Shown here piece after piece: positions 11,700 to 25,263 of a DNA stretch of 46,737 bases. Location of the stretch: assembly GCF_001194135.2 (NCBI RefSeq), contig NC_068984.1, positions 80,603,955 to 80,650,691 on the forward strand, written 5' to 3'. Both the position numbers and the translations under genes were made by a program. This DNA comes from Octopus bimaculoides. Taxonomy: Eukaryota. Below the pieces are notes generated by a model that searched no databases, had not been told where the DNA came from, and saw only the letters and a list, made by a program, of their open reading frames with translations. How positions within the stretch are numbered: the stretch's first letter is position 1; each line of letters begins with the position of its first letter.

Positions 11700-13880
11700 A
11701 TCTGCTGTTACTGTTTAACCCCAGGTCAGATCTGATTCAAAAGATCTATGATCAAAAGCATTCCAGCCTTGATTATTCGACTCTTTTCTTTACCCATTGC
11801 GCTTAGGATCACATTATCTAATAGAACGCTAGGATAATAATTTAAGAGAAAATTTTCATGTGTTTAGCAAATCGAGTGACCTTTTAAACGCTCCGTCATT
11901 GATTCTGCAATTTAGGTATGCAAAGTGCTACAAAATAGGTCGCAGTTTATCTTTGCAAATTATGAAATTCTCAGAGACGAAGTTTGCTCTACCCTGAAGA
12001 TAAAGCAAGATCTTTATGAAAACTGTTTCGATTTTACTCATTTCTACATGATCGCATTTTCTGCTAGAAATAGCATCAAACCACCCTCAAATCACACCCT
12101 ACCTACCGTCTTAAAAAACGAATAGAGTCATTGATAATAATGTCCTAAATATTCTAGGCTTTATATAAATACGTGAAAGTAACGATTAGAATACACTTGA
12201 TCGTGGTCAGTTTCACAAAGATTAACATGGGATAAAACATCTGGAGCTATTTCGAGCCTGATTCAGATTTACATTTAAAATTAATTCTATGTGTTTAGTT
12301 TGCCTTTTGTTCTTTTGTTATTTTTATTTGTTTTTTTATGAATAAGTATACTGCCACAAAACGCTAGATATTATACGTAACTAGGAAAATATGGATAATA
12401 TATAATTTTGTTTTATTGGCTTAAAATGAGATACGATAGAAAAGTCCTCCTATCCGACCTCCCTCTCTCTATCTATCGAAAGATCTGTGTATATCAGTCT
12501 ATCACTGCGTTTCTTTATGATCAAAACACTGGAAGTGTAACAAAAGGGCTGTAAATTAAGACAAGACACTTCATGATTATCAGTTGTTACAACACCCACT
12601 ATGATTACCCTTCTCTGTTTCTCTGTTTCTGTTTCTCTATCTAGTGAAAGATCTATAACTTAAGTCATCTCATGATTGTTAGTTGTTGCAAAAAACACTA
12701 TGCTTACCTTTAACAATATCCTCAAATACGCACATAATATCTTCAATTCGGGAACCTTTTTTTTTGTAGAATTTCTGATGAATATATTTTCTCTCTGCAA
12801 CAGTTGTACTTTTGGACTTTTCACAAATATCTCTATTTTGACCCATGTCTTGGGAAAGCTTTTAAACCGCATCTGGTGGTGATGTCCCAACCCAGGAGTT
12901 CAAGAGTCCTGGAGTTCTGAGGAGTATGAAGATACTCCTTGGTCACCACTACTCCTAGATCACTTCTATCCTAGGGTGGTGTTATCTTTCAAGGGCCCCA
13001 GTTAAGGGTCAAACAACAGGACTTCGTCCAGTGGTTGAGCCATACAGGACAGAGTGGAAAGCGTCCCTTAGACATGTGTCACGTAGACCCACCTATGGAT
13101 ATATCCTAATGCCTCATGAACCAGTCAAAGGAGTAAACAGGCACAGTGCCTTAAATATAAGCTTGAGAGAGTAGGAGACCAGCAGAGCAAGTTGTAAACA
13201 AACCGGTAAAAAGTAACTGAAAACCATGTATCTTTTCCAAGAAAGATCATTAAATTTGGTATAGAGGTCCGTGATCACCGATGCTTATAGGCATACCATA
13301 TGGAGAGGGGGAGAGAGCAAGAAAGATAGAGAGAATCAGGGAGTGAGTGAGGGAATGAGAGAGTAAGTGAGGGAGGGAGGGAGAGTTACTCACACAAGCT
13401 ATCGTCAATTTACTTCAGATTCGGAAATATGTCTTCTTTCTATGGGGCCAGTTTATCTGCTAGAAATAGAACCAAATAACTCAAATCACACGCTTCCATG
13501 TTAAAGCAGAACCCACGCTAATATAGTCCTAGATATACTTTGCATTAAAAGTACAAGAAAATCGCTGCTGGAATGCTTTTAATCGTTTAAGAAACTTAGC
13601 GAAGATTTACTTCGTGCTGAACAACTGGTGCTATTTATAACCCACAAGAAACCCTCTACGATTCTCTCAAATCACACTTTGATACCTGAAAATAAAAAGG
13701 ACACATTAGATCGTTTGCTCGACCTTCAGTGCTTGATTGGTAATTATTTTAACGACTCCCAAAGGATGAAAGGCAAAGTCGACTTCGGCTGCATTTTAAC
13801 ACAGAATATCAAGACGGAAGAAATGTCGCTGAACATTTTTGCCCCAATCGCTAGATGTTCTGCCAGTTCGTCGCCTACAA
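11700..13880. repeat. Mosaic of decayed interspersed-repeat fragments, including a family A SINE at about 13705-13880 (-)
   Basis: Recurring CTGCTAGAAATAG...CTCAAATCACAC segments (about 12061, 13458, 13660), TATGATCAAAAGCATTCCAGC-like segments, and a family A body AAAGGATGAAAGGCAAAGTCGAC. Confidence 0.55.
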
Positions 13881-14224
13881 GTAACTGAGAATTAAAAAGT
13901 TAATAACTTCAATGTGTTCTTTTGTTAAGATTACGAATGTGATTTATAGACGATTTTGTTGCTATATCTAATTGTGCAGAGTCCATCATCAATGAAGGAT
14001 TCTGTATAAAAGGTTAATCTTTCTTTTGACCGTGCATTAACATTTACCCAGAGTATTTAACATTTACTCTTTGTATTTCTATTTATCATTTTCAGAAGTA
14101 TAAACATACCTGTAGATATAAATATTCACATTGATGTAAGTAAATATTCGAATTTCAAAGAGTTTTCCGGTGGATTTATGAGAGAAGACCTTGAAGTTAT
14201 GCGCACGCATATACTTACATACCT

Positions 14225-14292
<68 letters not shown>

Positions 14293-14356
14293 TATATATG
14301 TGTGTGTCTGTGTGTGTGCGTGTGTGTGTGTATGTATATATATATATACACACATA

Positions 14357-15662
14357 TACAGCATGCGATGGGTAAATTGACGTCATTTTATAGTTTTTGT
14401 TTCGCCCATACGCATAGTTTGGTTTTGATTTTGTCGACTACACAGTATAGTAGGGTCAGTTGGACACCTTCTGTGAGAAAAGCAGTGCCATACGCAATTC
14501 ACTCTGCCAGCAATTTGGAAACGACATAGTGTACTGCTTGGCATTCGCGCCGGAAGCTCCAATACGAACACTTTAGAGTGTTTGGGTATCAATCTGAGAA
14601 CAGTGCAGAGGATTCGGAAAGAGTTGTATGAGTCTAATGGTGATTACGAAGGTACGGCAGCTCAGAAAACTCACTCTCATCGTTTTGATGAGAAAAGATC
14701 TCCTGAATTTTGTTGGTGAGATTCAGGCCTTGATTGACAGCGGTGTCTCCAAGTCATTTACGTCCATCGCCGGGGACTTGGGTGTGTCTGAGTTTCTTAT
14801 CAGGCAGATAGTACATGAAGACATTCGGTATTCTTCATGCAAGATGAGAAAGGGCCAATTTCTATCCCAAGCCATCAAAGACAAAAGGAAAGACCACGCT
14901 ACGAAGCTTTTGAACAAACTCAAACATCCCATCCAATCTAACATGCTTTGGGTTTTCTCAGACGAGAAAAATTTCTGTCAGGATCAGACGGTAAACACAC
15001 AGAACAACTGTTGGCTTGCCGTGTCTCCCAAACATGTACCGAGAGTGATAAAGCTCAAACATCCAGTCAACACCATGGTATTTGGAGTGATCACTAGTGA
15101 TGGCAACGTTATACCACCATTCATCTTCCCACACGGTCTCAGACTCAACACAGAGGCCTACATCGAGTGCCTGGAGGTAGTGCTGTCCTGGGTCAAGAGG
15201 GTGGCTGCTGGAAGACCCTATGTCTGGCAATAGGACTCTGCGCCATGCCACGCAAGCAAGAGAGCCCAGTTATGACTTTCAGACAATTTCTCTAACCACA
15301 TCACCTCTAACATCTGACCACCTAACTTCCCAGACTGCAACCCCCTTTATTATTATGTGTGGGGCGCAACTGAGCGAGAGACCAACAAAAGTCCTTGTAA
15401 CACCAAAGATGAACTGAAGGCAAGGATTGTGGCAACATTCACCAGCTTAAATAAGGAGACCGTCCAGAAAATTTGCAGGAGATTCTGAAGTCGTCTGGAG
15501 GTCGTGGCTGAAGCCAATCGCGACTTTATTGGATAAATTTACTCTTTAGTATCTCAAGATAATTTTATAAAATTTTGGTAAATATATCTGTTAAAATGAG
15601 ATGTCAGCGTTATTTTTATTTTTCCATAATTTAGACGACAATTATTAACCGCACTCCCTATG
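14357..15662 (+). mobile_element. Full-length inactivated Tc1/mariner transposon, DD37D (maT-type) transposase pseudogene
   Basis: HTH-like LGINLRTVQRIRKEL, a frameshift near 14707, first catalytic motif WVFSDEKNF, second Q*DSAPCH (D at 15234), and third PDCNPL(Y)YYVWG with 37 residues between the second and third positions. Stops at 15231, 15273 and 15315; ORF ends at 15536. TIRs are only weakly recognisable (14357-14385 versus 15632-15662). Confidence 0.88.
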
Positions 15663-15784
15663 TAATACACACGCGCGCGTGCGCATATATATAATGGTTG
15701 GAGGTGCAAAAGTCACGCGCCAAAACATTTGATATTTTGTTGCATTATGATTATTATCATGAGCAATACATATTTATTCCAAAT

Positions 15785-15987
15785 CTTGACACAAGGCCAA
15801 CAAGTTCAGAGTGGAGGTTGAGTCAATTACATCGACCCCAATACTCAACTGGTACTTATTTTATCGTCCCCGAAAGGATGAAAGGCAAAGTTGACCGCGG
15901 CAGAATTTGAACGCAGAACGTAGAGAGAGACGAAATGCCGCTAAGCATTTTTCCCGGCGTGTTAACGATTCTACTAGTTCGCCGCAT
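15785..15987 (-). mobile_element. Family A SINE
   Basis: Near-complete copy of the family A sequence on the minus strand. Confidence 0.85.
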
Positions 15988-16017
15988 TGTATATGTAATA
16001 TATATAAATCTTCGTGC

Positions 16018-16041
16018 CTGACATTTTTGGCCCACCCTGTA
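16018..16041 (-). mobile_element. Isolated Tc1/mariner-like terminal inverted repeat
   Basis: Reverse complement reads TACAGGGTGGGCCAAAAATGTC, flanked by TA; no clear partner end found. Confidence 0.4.
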
Positions 16042-16439
16042 TATATAATACACACACACACGTGTGCGCGCAAATATATTTAGAGGAGAAACGTCAACTC
16101 GTGGGAAATAGAATTTTCAAAAATTCATAAATTTGCCGTCATTTTAATATCAGGAAATCCTACCAGTAAAGGAAAATATAGGGATCAAACTAGAGGAAGT
16201 CTCTATGAATCCCCTTGACATTAATACAACAATATTATCTAGAATACTTTGATAATACCAAATACAACAAATACTACGAATATGAAACAACAAAATTGAC
16301 CAACAATTGGATTGTGCTCTGCATATCGACGTCTGCCGCAGAATGAACAACGATATGTAGCAAGATTTTACTATATTCGGAAATTTCAAAATATATTTAT
16401 TGGTTTTCGATTTACAACATAATACGCATGCAAATGTAC

Positions 16440-16511
16440 ACATACATAGAAACAAATATACATGTATGTAAACACATATCTACCTATCAATACACACATA
16501 TATACACATCC

Positions 16512-16573
<62 letters not shown>

Positions 16574-16596
16574 TTATGCCAACATATATTTATACA

Positions 16597-16628
<32 letters not shown>

Positions 16629-16741
16629 TATGTGTATATAATATATATATTATGCATCAATATATATATATTATATGTATATATGTTTATATACGCGCGT
16701 ATATGTGTATAGTTGTGTGGATACATGTATATATATACGTA

Positions 16742-16772
<31 letters not shown>

Positions 16773-16930
16773 ATATATATATATGCACACAAACATACAA
16801 ACACATACACATACGCATATTCAAATATATATGTATATAATATATATATTATGCACAAATATATATGTATATTATATTTATACATGTTTATATACGTGCG
16901 TATGTATGTATGTATGTATGTATCTATGTA

Positions 16931-16963
<33 letters not shown>

Positions 16964-17428
16964 ATGTATGTATGTATAGTTGTATAGTTGTATGAATACA
17001 TGCATACAAGCATATACTCAAAAATATATTGGTTTTTCCGTTTCTAACGTACCGCGCTCATATCATCATACACATATAGAAGTGTATGTTCGCATATGTA
17101 TGGGTATGTATAATATGATAATATATAATATGTATGCAATGAATGAACGAAGTAAAGTAGAAAAATCTCGCATAACAACTGTATTATATTAGTGGTCCTA
17201 GATAGCTGAGTATTTGGCTGTCTCAACTTAAATACCATTAATTATAGGAATCTCTTTTCTGTACAAAGAACAAAAGAATGTATTTTTATACGATTTCTTT
17301 TAAAATTTTATTACGCTAAAGAATCAACTTCAAATGTCTTTATTTCTTGCGTACAATCTATCATTTTATTTTACCCGCACTTCTATTTACATCTCCCTCT
17401 TTCGTTCTCTAACTCTTTCGCTCTATAA

Positions 17429-17488
<60 letters not shown>

Positions 17489-17720
17489 NNNNNNNNNNNN
17501 NNNNNNNNNNNNNNNNNNNNNNNNNNNNNNNNNNNNNNNNNNNNNNNNNNNNNNNNNNNNNNNNNNNNNNNNNNNNNNNNNNNNNNNNNNNNNNNNNNNN
17601 NNNNNNNNNNNNNNNNNNNNNNNNNNNNNNNNNNNNNNNNNNNNNNNNNNNNNNNNNNNNNNNNNNNNNNNNNNNNNNNNNNNNNNNNNNNNNNNNNNNN
17701 NNNNNNNNNNNNNNNNNNNN

Positions 17721-17785
<65 letters not shown>

Positions 17786-18038
17786 ATATGTATGTATGCA
17801 TATATATATATATACATACAAACATACGTACATACATACATATATACATTTATATACACAAACATACATGTATATACATATATATATATAAACATATATA
17901 CATATATATATATATGTGTGTGTGTGTATGTATGTATGTATGTATGTATGTATGTATGTATAGACAAGGGAAATCAGGCGCAAATGAATTATATGAATAC
18001 ACCACACACGCTTGCTAATGTGTGTTGGTGAGTGTGTT

Positions 18039-18089
<51 letters not shown>

Positions 18090-18280
18090 ATCTGTGTGCC
18101 TCTGTGTGTCTGTGTGTGTGTTAATCTGTGTGCCTCTGTGTGTCTGTGTGTTTGTGTGTGTGTGTGTGTGTACAAATAATTTTAATATTACAAATATATT
18201 TTACGTATGGATGCATGTTTGAAAGTATGTTTCCATGCGCGTGTGTGTAGTAAAGGATAAAATTATTTTAAAATATAGCT

Positions 18281-18333
<53 letters not shown>

Positions 18334-18350
18334 CCTCTCTCTCTCTCTCT
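16440..18350. repeat. Dense field of compound microsatellites: (TA)n, (CA)n, (TATG)n, (CT)n, (TG)n
   Basis: Directly visible; accounts for the many YI/HT/VC/CV low-complexity ORFs. Other clear tracts include (TAT)n at about 22952-23016, (CAT)n at about 23478-23583 and (GATA)n at 28391-28460. Confidence 0.95.
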
Positions 18351-18744
18351 GTGTTTTGCATCATAATCTCATGTGAGCATGTGTCTGTGATTATGTTTGT
18401 GTAGTTACATAAATATATGTCTGTATGCACAGATATGTGTGTGCTTGTCTTAAAAGCAGAATTAAAATTTTATTACGTTTTACTTCTCCAAATCGCTTAT
18501 TTTTCTAGCCTCATGCATTATTCATTACCTTTTGTATGTGTACATATATCTGTCTCTATGCTTATGTATATGTAAGTGTATTTTCGTGTGAGTATGTGTG
18601 TGTCCTTGTGAGTTCGTACGTCTGACTGTGTAAGCATACGTGTATATATTAATCAGAATATACATGTACGTGAATGTCTCTCCGTGTGTATGCTCTACAG
18701 ATAATTGTTTGTAATATAGGCACAAGGCCAGAATGCATTAATGG

Positions 18745-19150
18745 ATAATGGCTTCAAATTTTGTCACAAGTCCAGGCAGTTTTTGAAGAGAAGATAAAGT
18801 CGGTTACATCGAAACCAGTACTTGACTGATATTTATTTTGTTGACCCTGAAAGAATGAAAGTCAAGGTCGACCTCGGGGGAATTTGAAATCAGAACGTAA
18901 AGACGGATGAAATGCCTCTGAGCATTTTATCCGGTGGTGTGCTAATAGTTCTGCCAGATCGAGGTTTTCAATGCTTTATATATAATTCTTTCAACTATAG
19001 GTACAAGACCTGAAATTTTGGAAGCGGGGATTGTCGATTACATCAACCTCCAGGGCTCAATTGGAACTTATTTTGTCGACGGAATTTGAACTCAGAACGT
19101 TAAGCCTGTAGAAATGCCACGGCAACGATTCAGCCGGCTCGCTGCCTTAA
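18745..19150 (-). mobile_element. Head-to-tail pair of family A SINEs
   Basis: Two copies (about 18745-18962 and 18985-19150), each with ATTTGAA(A/C)TCAGAACGT and TTCTGCCAG-like head remnants. Confidence 0.8.
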
Positions 19151-19469
19151 TGCTTTGTATCTAATAAAAGCAATTAAAATACTCAAACAGCGACTTTGTG
19201 AATAAATTGTGAGTAAGATCACATATGTCCTTACAATAAGCAACCATTCAATTATGCTGAGTAAATATGTGCTGTGATTAACCCACAGGTTTGTCTATGT
19301 TGGATGAACCGGAGAACACGTCAACTAGTTTTGAACAGTTAGTGCTCTTTCATGAAAAGTATCCACTCGTATTCTTCCTACGGGTAAAGCAAGCAGCTAT
19401 AAGCTAACTGTAGGAGATGCCATGAATAACAGATGCTGAGTTTACTCTGCGCCGAATTCCGGACTGAAT

Positions 19470-19690
19470 GCATTGCGTATTTGTTCCGACTCTCTGTTCT
19501 CTAAGTTCACACCCCGACAAGATCAACTTCGCCTAACATTTTTTTCGAGGTTGATACAAAAAGTACCAATCAAATGCGGTGCCTTGGCAAGACAATTAGG
19601 AGGTTAGATCGTATATCTTGCAGTATGAATTCATTCTCTTTAGGTTCTGAGTTCAAAAACCGTTACAGCCAAAAGTTCATCCGGTTTAGC
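19470..19690 (+). mobile_element. Partial family A SINE copies
   Basis: TTCTCTAAGTTCACACCCCGACAAGATCAACTTCGCC...GTTGATACAAAAGTACC and a second TTCTGAGTTCAAAAACCG fragment. Confidence 0.6.
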
Positions 19691-20116
19691 ACTCCCATCT
19701 GGAATCTTGGTTGGCTTAAGAAGAGTTCACTCTCTATCAAGCATTCTGAAGATGCTTCCGGTTTGAGGATATCTTCCTACTTCCGCTACGCTTGTTTTGG
19801 AGGACATACAACGGACCATGGGCACTGCTTTCACTCCTGACTGAAATATAAAGATATATACTTTAGCGGGTATATAAAACGACTCTAGGATGTATACACG
19901 AGCGGACACCCTGGATAAGATGGCAATAACCAGCCGAAACTAGTCGATTTGTACTCGGAATCATCCAACAGCACAATCTCTGCTTCTTAACGCAGAGTCT
20001 TTTTACAGACACCTGGCATCAACAGGAACCGTCTCTGAATAGGGAGGGGAAATCGTCTTCCCTTCAAGTTTCATAGCTTCACGCGGATGCGTGTAGGTGT
20101 GTGTGTGTGTGTGTGC

Positions 20117-20150
<34 letters not shown>

Positions 20151-20566
20151 ATGTGTGTGTGTTTGTGTGTGTGTGTNNNNNNNNNNNNNNNNNNNNNNNN
20201 NNNNNNNNNNNNNNNNNNNNNNNNNNNNNNNNNNNNNNNNNNNNNNNNNNNNNNNNNNNNNNNNNNNNNNNNNNNNNNNNNNNNNNNNNNNNNNNNNNNN
20301 NNNNNNNNNNNNNNNNNNNNNNNNNNNNNNNNNNNNNNNNNNNNNNNNNNNNNNNNNNNNNNNNNNNNNNNNNNNNNNNNNNNNNNNNNNNNNNNNNNNN
20401 NNNNNNNNNNNNNNNNNNNNNNNNNNNNNNNNNNNNNNNNNNNNNNNNNNNNNNNNNNNNNNNNNNNNNNNNNNNNNNNNNNNNNNNNNNNNNNNNNNNN
20501 NNNNNNNNNNNNNNNNNNNNNNNNNNNNNNNNNNNNNNNNNNNNNNNNNNNNNNNNNNNNNNNNNG

Positions 20567-20932
20567 TACTTATTTTATCGATCCCGAAAGGATGAAAGGT
20601 AAAGCAGACCCCAGCAGCATTTAAACTCAGGAAGTAAAACCGGAAGAAATGTCACCAGGCATTTTTTCAGCGCGGTAACGATTCTGCCAGCTCGCAGATT
20701 TAACGGGTCGAAATATTGGTTTCAAATTTTGGCACAAGGCTAGCACTTTCGTCGGAGGTGATAAGTCGATTAAGTTGGCCCCAGTGCTCAACTGGTACTA
20801 ATTTTACCGAACTCGGAAGGATAAAAGACAAAGTTAACCTCGGCGGAATTTCAACTCAGAGCGTGAGAAAGGACGAAATGGCGCTAAGCGTGTTCCTCGG
20901 CGCTGTAGCGATTCTGCCAGCTCGTCGCCTTG
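20567..20932 (-). mobile_element. Head-to-tail pair of family A SINEs
   Basis: Copies at about 20567-20697 and 20715-20932, both ending in CGATTCTGCCAGCTCG on the plus strand. Confidence 0.82.
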
Positions 20933-21295
20933 ACGATTTGAAATAATATATCAAAATGGACGTAGAATTTACCGCGACACCGGTTGTATTTCTTTAAACA
21001 AGCTGGCCTGCAAGAAAGACCAAGCTGTCACTTCATCAGCCGAGACTAAATGACGAGAGACCTAAATTTATCCAGATTAAATATACAAGCAACAGTGTAG
21101 TCACGAGATACTAAAATTTGGTGAAACTTCAGAAGATATTCAACTCTCCCATATTCAGTGGTAGTAAACCCATTGGAGCGTATCAACAAACACTACGAAA
21201 GCAATACTTGGAGCTGTAAATATAGTCATTCAGCGAAATACATTAAGAAAATGTATCCTGAAGCAGGCAGCTACGACTGTGCGGGATATAAAGTG

Positions 21296-21379
<84 letters not shown>

Positions 21380-21657
21380 GTGCATACATATGTAATGTAT
21401 ATATTTGTGCATATATATGTATGTGTATATATATATGTTTCTATACATAATAAATACATATNNNNNNNNNNNNNNNNNNNNNNNNNNNNNNNNNNNNNNN
21501 NNNNNNNNNNNNNNNNNNNNNNNNNNNNNNNNNNNNNNNNNNNNNNNNNNNNTATATATATATATACACACATACGTGTACATATGTACTGTCTATTACT
21601 CTCTCTGCTTCTGTTCCTCTCTTGCTCTCCAAATGTATATATGTATAATATATATAC

Positions 21658-21707
<50 letters not shown>

Positions 21708-22026
21708 ATGTGAATGTTTTATTGATATAGATGTTTATACATAAGGAGACTGATGCAGCCACTAGTCGGGCCGACATTTGCATCGTTCTGGATGACCAAC
21801 GCTTAGAACAAATTAACACCAGATCATAACCATAGCTTTCTATAAACGGGTATGTCGTTGATATATTTGTCTTGATGGACACATTGGAACAGGCTGGTAG
21901 GTTTAAAAAGAAACTACCATCAATTTCAATAGTCAACACAATTCAAATACATATTCTGAAAACATAGAGTATATATTCATATGTGTGTATATGTATATTC
22001 GTGTGTACGTCTGTGTGCGTGTGAGT

Positions 22027-22073
<47 letters not shown>

Positions 22074-22144
22074 CATGTCTGTGTATAAATATAAATATAT
22101 ATTTATATTTGTTTCTGTCTCTGTCTATATTTTTTCTTTCCATG

Positions 22145-22445
22145 TATTTGAACTGGCGCTCCGTCGGTTACGACGTTGAATGTTCCAGTTCATCGGATCA
22201 ACGTGAAATTAACGTGCAAGTGGCTGAGCAATCCACAGACACGTGTACCCTTAAAGTAGTTCTCGGGGAGTTTCAGCGTGACACAGAATGCGACAAAGCG
22301 TGACACAGAATGCGACAAAGCGTGACACAGAATGCGACACAGGCACAAGTCACTATTGCCAGCTGTGTGGATTTGAGCAACGTGAAATAAAGTGTCTTGC
22401 TCAGACTATACGACCGTCAGCCGAATATCCTAACCACTAGGGCAC
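22145..22445 (-). mobile_element. Family B SINE with an internal 22-bp triplication
   Basis: GTCGGTTACGAC...GTGAAATTAACGTGCAAGTGGCTGAGC...CACAGACACGTGT matches 42648-42978. GCGTGACACAGAATGCGACAAA is repeated three times from 22276. Confidence 0.8.
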
Positions 22446-22589
22446 GCGTCTTCACCCCTTGTATATATATTTGGTGATGAGCTGTCAGAATCGTTAGCAT
22501 GTCGGTTAAAATGCTTAATGACATTTCTTCCGGCTATTTATACTCTGAGTTAAAATACCACCAAGGTCAAGTTTCTCCAAACAATTCCT

Positions 22590-22830
22590 CTCAACACATG
22601 GTTATGATGCTCTCCAACTACTTCTACTCATCGTCGGAGATGGACATATCTTCAGCCATTAAGTGACATATTCAATTCATAAAGGTCAAACGAATGACAA
22701 GCAAATCTGTGGCATTGAGCAGAATATTTGTTGTAGCCCATCTTTTATGCCAAGACAAAATACGTACATGATAACACTTCTGATCAGTTAAGATCAGAAG
22801 CCATGGGAACCAGTGTGTGGTACAACATCA
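22590..22830 (-). repeat. Unclassified interspersed repeat (family D)
   Basis: The reverse complement shares TGGCTGA(A/C)GATAT...AGAAGTAGT...AGCATCATA(A/G)CCATGTGTTGAGAG with 34960-35045. Confidence 0.65.
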
Positions 22831-22953
22831 GGGCATTTATTATTATTATCATTCATTCACACACAACAGATTAAAGAAAAATTGGAAAAGAAAAATTTCT
22901 AACATCGGGCTACAAGTAACCTTAGATACCAAGAACCCCACTAAGTATCTTAG

Positions 22954-23015
<62 letters not shown>

Positions 23016-23475
23016 CATTATTATTTCAATTTAGTTTCCATTTCTTGCCGAGTGTCTTCCTGACACCTAAAGCAAAGAAACTCACTATATACATTTGTAG
23101 AACATTAAAATAAACACACCAGATTGTTCATTAACAAAGTCAAGTTATGTGACACAAAAAAGGGGAAAAAAGAAAGAAAGAAAGAAAGAAAGAAAGAAGT
23201 TATTATTATTATTGAGTCGGGGAAAGGGAATTGGTAAGGGTGCTTGCTTTTTGTGTTCAGGGAGATCTCGGACAGTGGGGTTCCTCAATTATGCCTAGAG
23301 GTCATTCTGCATCAGGATCTCCATCATTCTCCGCCTCATTTTTTAACCTTTGTATACTACGTATATTTCCCTTCTTTTTCATCATACACCGTGTATATTT
23401 ATATTTTTTTGTTACTCATTTAATTATTTTATCATTACATTATATTAAAACTCCTTTGCCCTCTGGTGACAAATG

Positions 23476-23512
<37 letters not shown>

Positions 23513-23524
23513 AATCATCATCAC

Positions 23525-23583
<59 letters not shown>

Positions 23584-23879
23584 ACATTCGATTGTTATTT
23601 TTGACCGTTAGCTGAGGAAGCCACGTTTGACTTCGGCTCCGAATTTTGTTTTCGAAAATAGTCAGTTTTCTCCAAAAAGTAGTGGCTCTTTCCTGTCATT
23701 TTCAACCAGGGAGGAGAATAAGGGATCCTCATTCTGCTGTTGAGTTCCTTTTTTATTAAAAGTCACCCATTTTCTTGGGGGACTCATCCAATTTATTTCA
23801 TTTCTTATTTCACGTGGAAAAATTTAGAATTTTGCTGAATGACAGCAACTCATTATTATTATCATTATTATTATCATCA

Positions 23880-23930
<51 letters not shown>

Positions 23931-24280
23931 CGCCCGATGACTTTCTGGACTAACAGGCCAAACTGCCGAATAGAAAGAGTCTGAGTCAATTACAATGAGA
24001 ATATCATTTATCTCTCCTATAATATTGAATACTCTTTCTTCCTGACCTAACACTAAGTGGGTACACCTACACAAAACACACACACACACACATATACACA
24101 CATTCATGAGCGTGTATGTGGGTGAGTGTGTGTGTATGCATATATAAATATATGTATCTATGTATATATGCACATATCTATATCTATATATATGTTATGT
24201 ATGTGTGGTTATGTGTGTGTGTGTGCGTGCGTGTATGTATGTATTTATGTGGGTATGTATTTATGTATGTATGTATGTAC

Positions 24281-24311
<31 letters not shown>

Positions 24312-25193
24312 TGTATGTATGTATCACAAAAACCTCATAGCAGTTTTCAGTAACTCTCTAAGCAAAACTAGTTATTTTATGCTGGCCATTCTCGAAGAAA
24401 TGGAGTGCTGCATATCCTTGAAATTGAAGTGAATTTGCATATGAATATGGAGTCATCTCTTGAAATCGTATTCACTCTCAGGTTCAGGAACAGAAAACAC
24501 TCAACATCCCTCTACCATTTTATTAGGAGAATTGAGATTCAGGGAAAATAGGCTTTTCATCGTTGCCTTGAGCACACCAGATAAAACGCCTTCTTATTCC
24601 CATCTGCGTGTACCTCCAGCTCTATCACTGAGAAACTACAAGTGTTAACACATTGCAACTGGTTTTAACACTGTTGTCTTTAACTGGGCATCCTATTAGC
24701 AAATTTTTAAACCATTAGTTGATAACATTCTTAATCTTTAAGAAATTTCGCTAAACTTTTTACTAGAAATTGCTGAAATCTCTTATAAAAGAATGGGAGA
24801 ATATTTTATCTACTATAGTATAGTGTTCCAAACTTCCTTCCCAAGGGTTCTTGTTTTTCTGGCTTGTAGGATTTTTATATAATGTGTATTAGCAGAAAAC
24901 GATACACATCGTAGAAAGACAGAATGGACTAAACACGACAGGAGGATACACGTGGGATAGAAGAGTCGCTAAAGAAGTCACAGATGTATGACGAAAGATT
25001 TCTAGACAGTGGACATAAGTTAAAACAAGAAAAACAATAAACTAGTGAAGAACGAAAATATAATGCATGTGTATATTTGGAAAGAAAAATATGGCCATCC
25101 CGAAATATAACAAAAAGGAATTTCAATTTAATCTTTAATTTAATAGATATATGCACTCACATACACACACACGCCCACCCACCTACACACATA

Positions 25194-25263
<70 letters not shown>

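Noticed and set aside
15231-15350. Idea that A-to-I editing could rescue the transposase stops (both TGA codons sit at probable Trp positions)
   Set aside because: The TAG replaces a probable Gln, the third catalytic position is Tyr, and there is an upstream frameshift. Ordinary transition decay explains the pattern.
21010-21060. Minus-strand CTGATGA as a hammerhead core
   Set aside because: No stem II followed by GAAA at a usable distance.
23610-23660. CTGAGGA-AGCC...GGCT as another hammerhead
   Set aside because: It is followed by CCGAATTT rather than GAAA, with no stem III or stem I.
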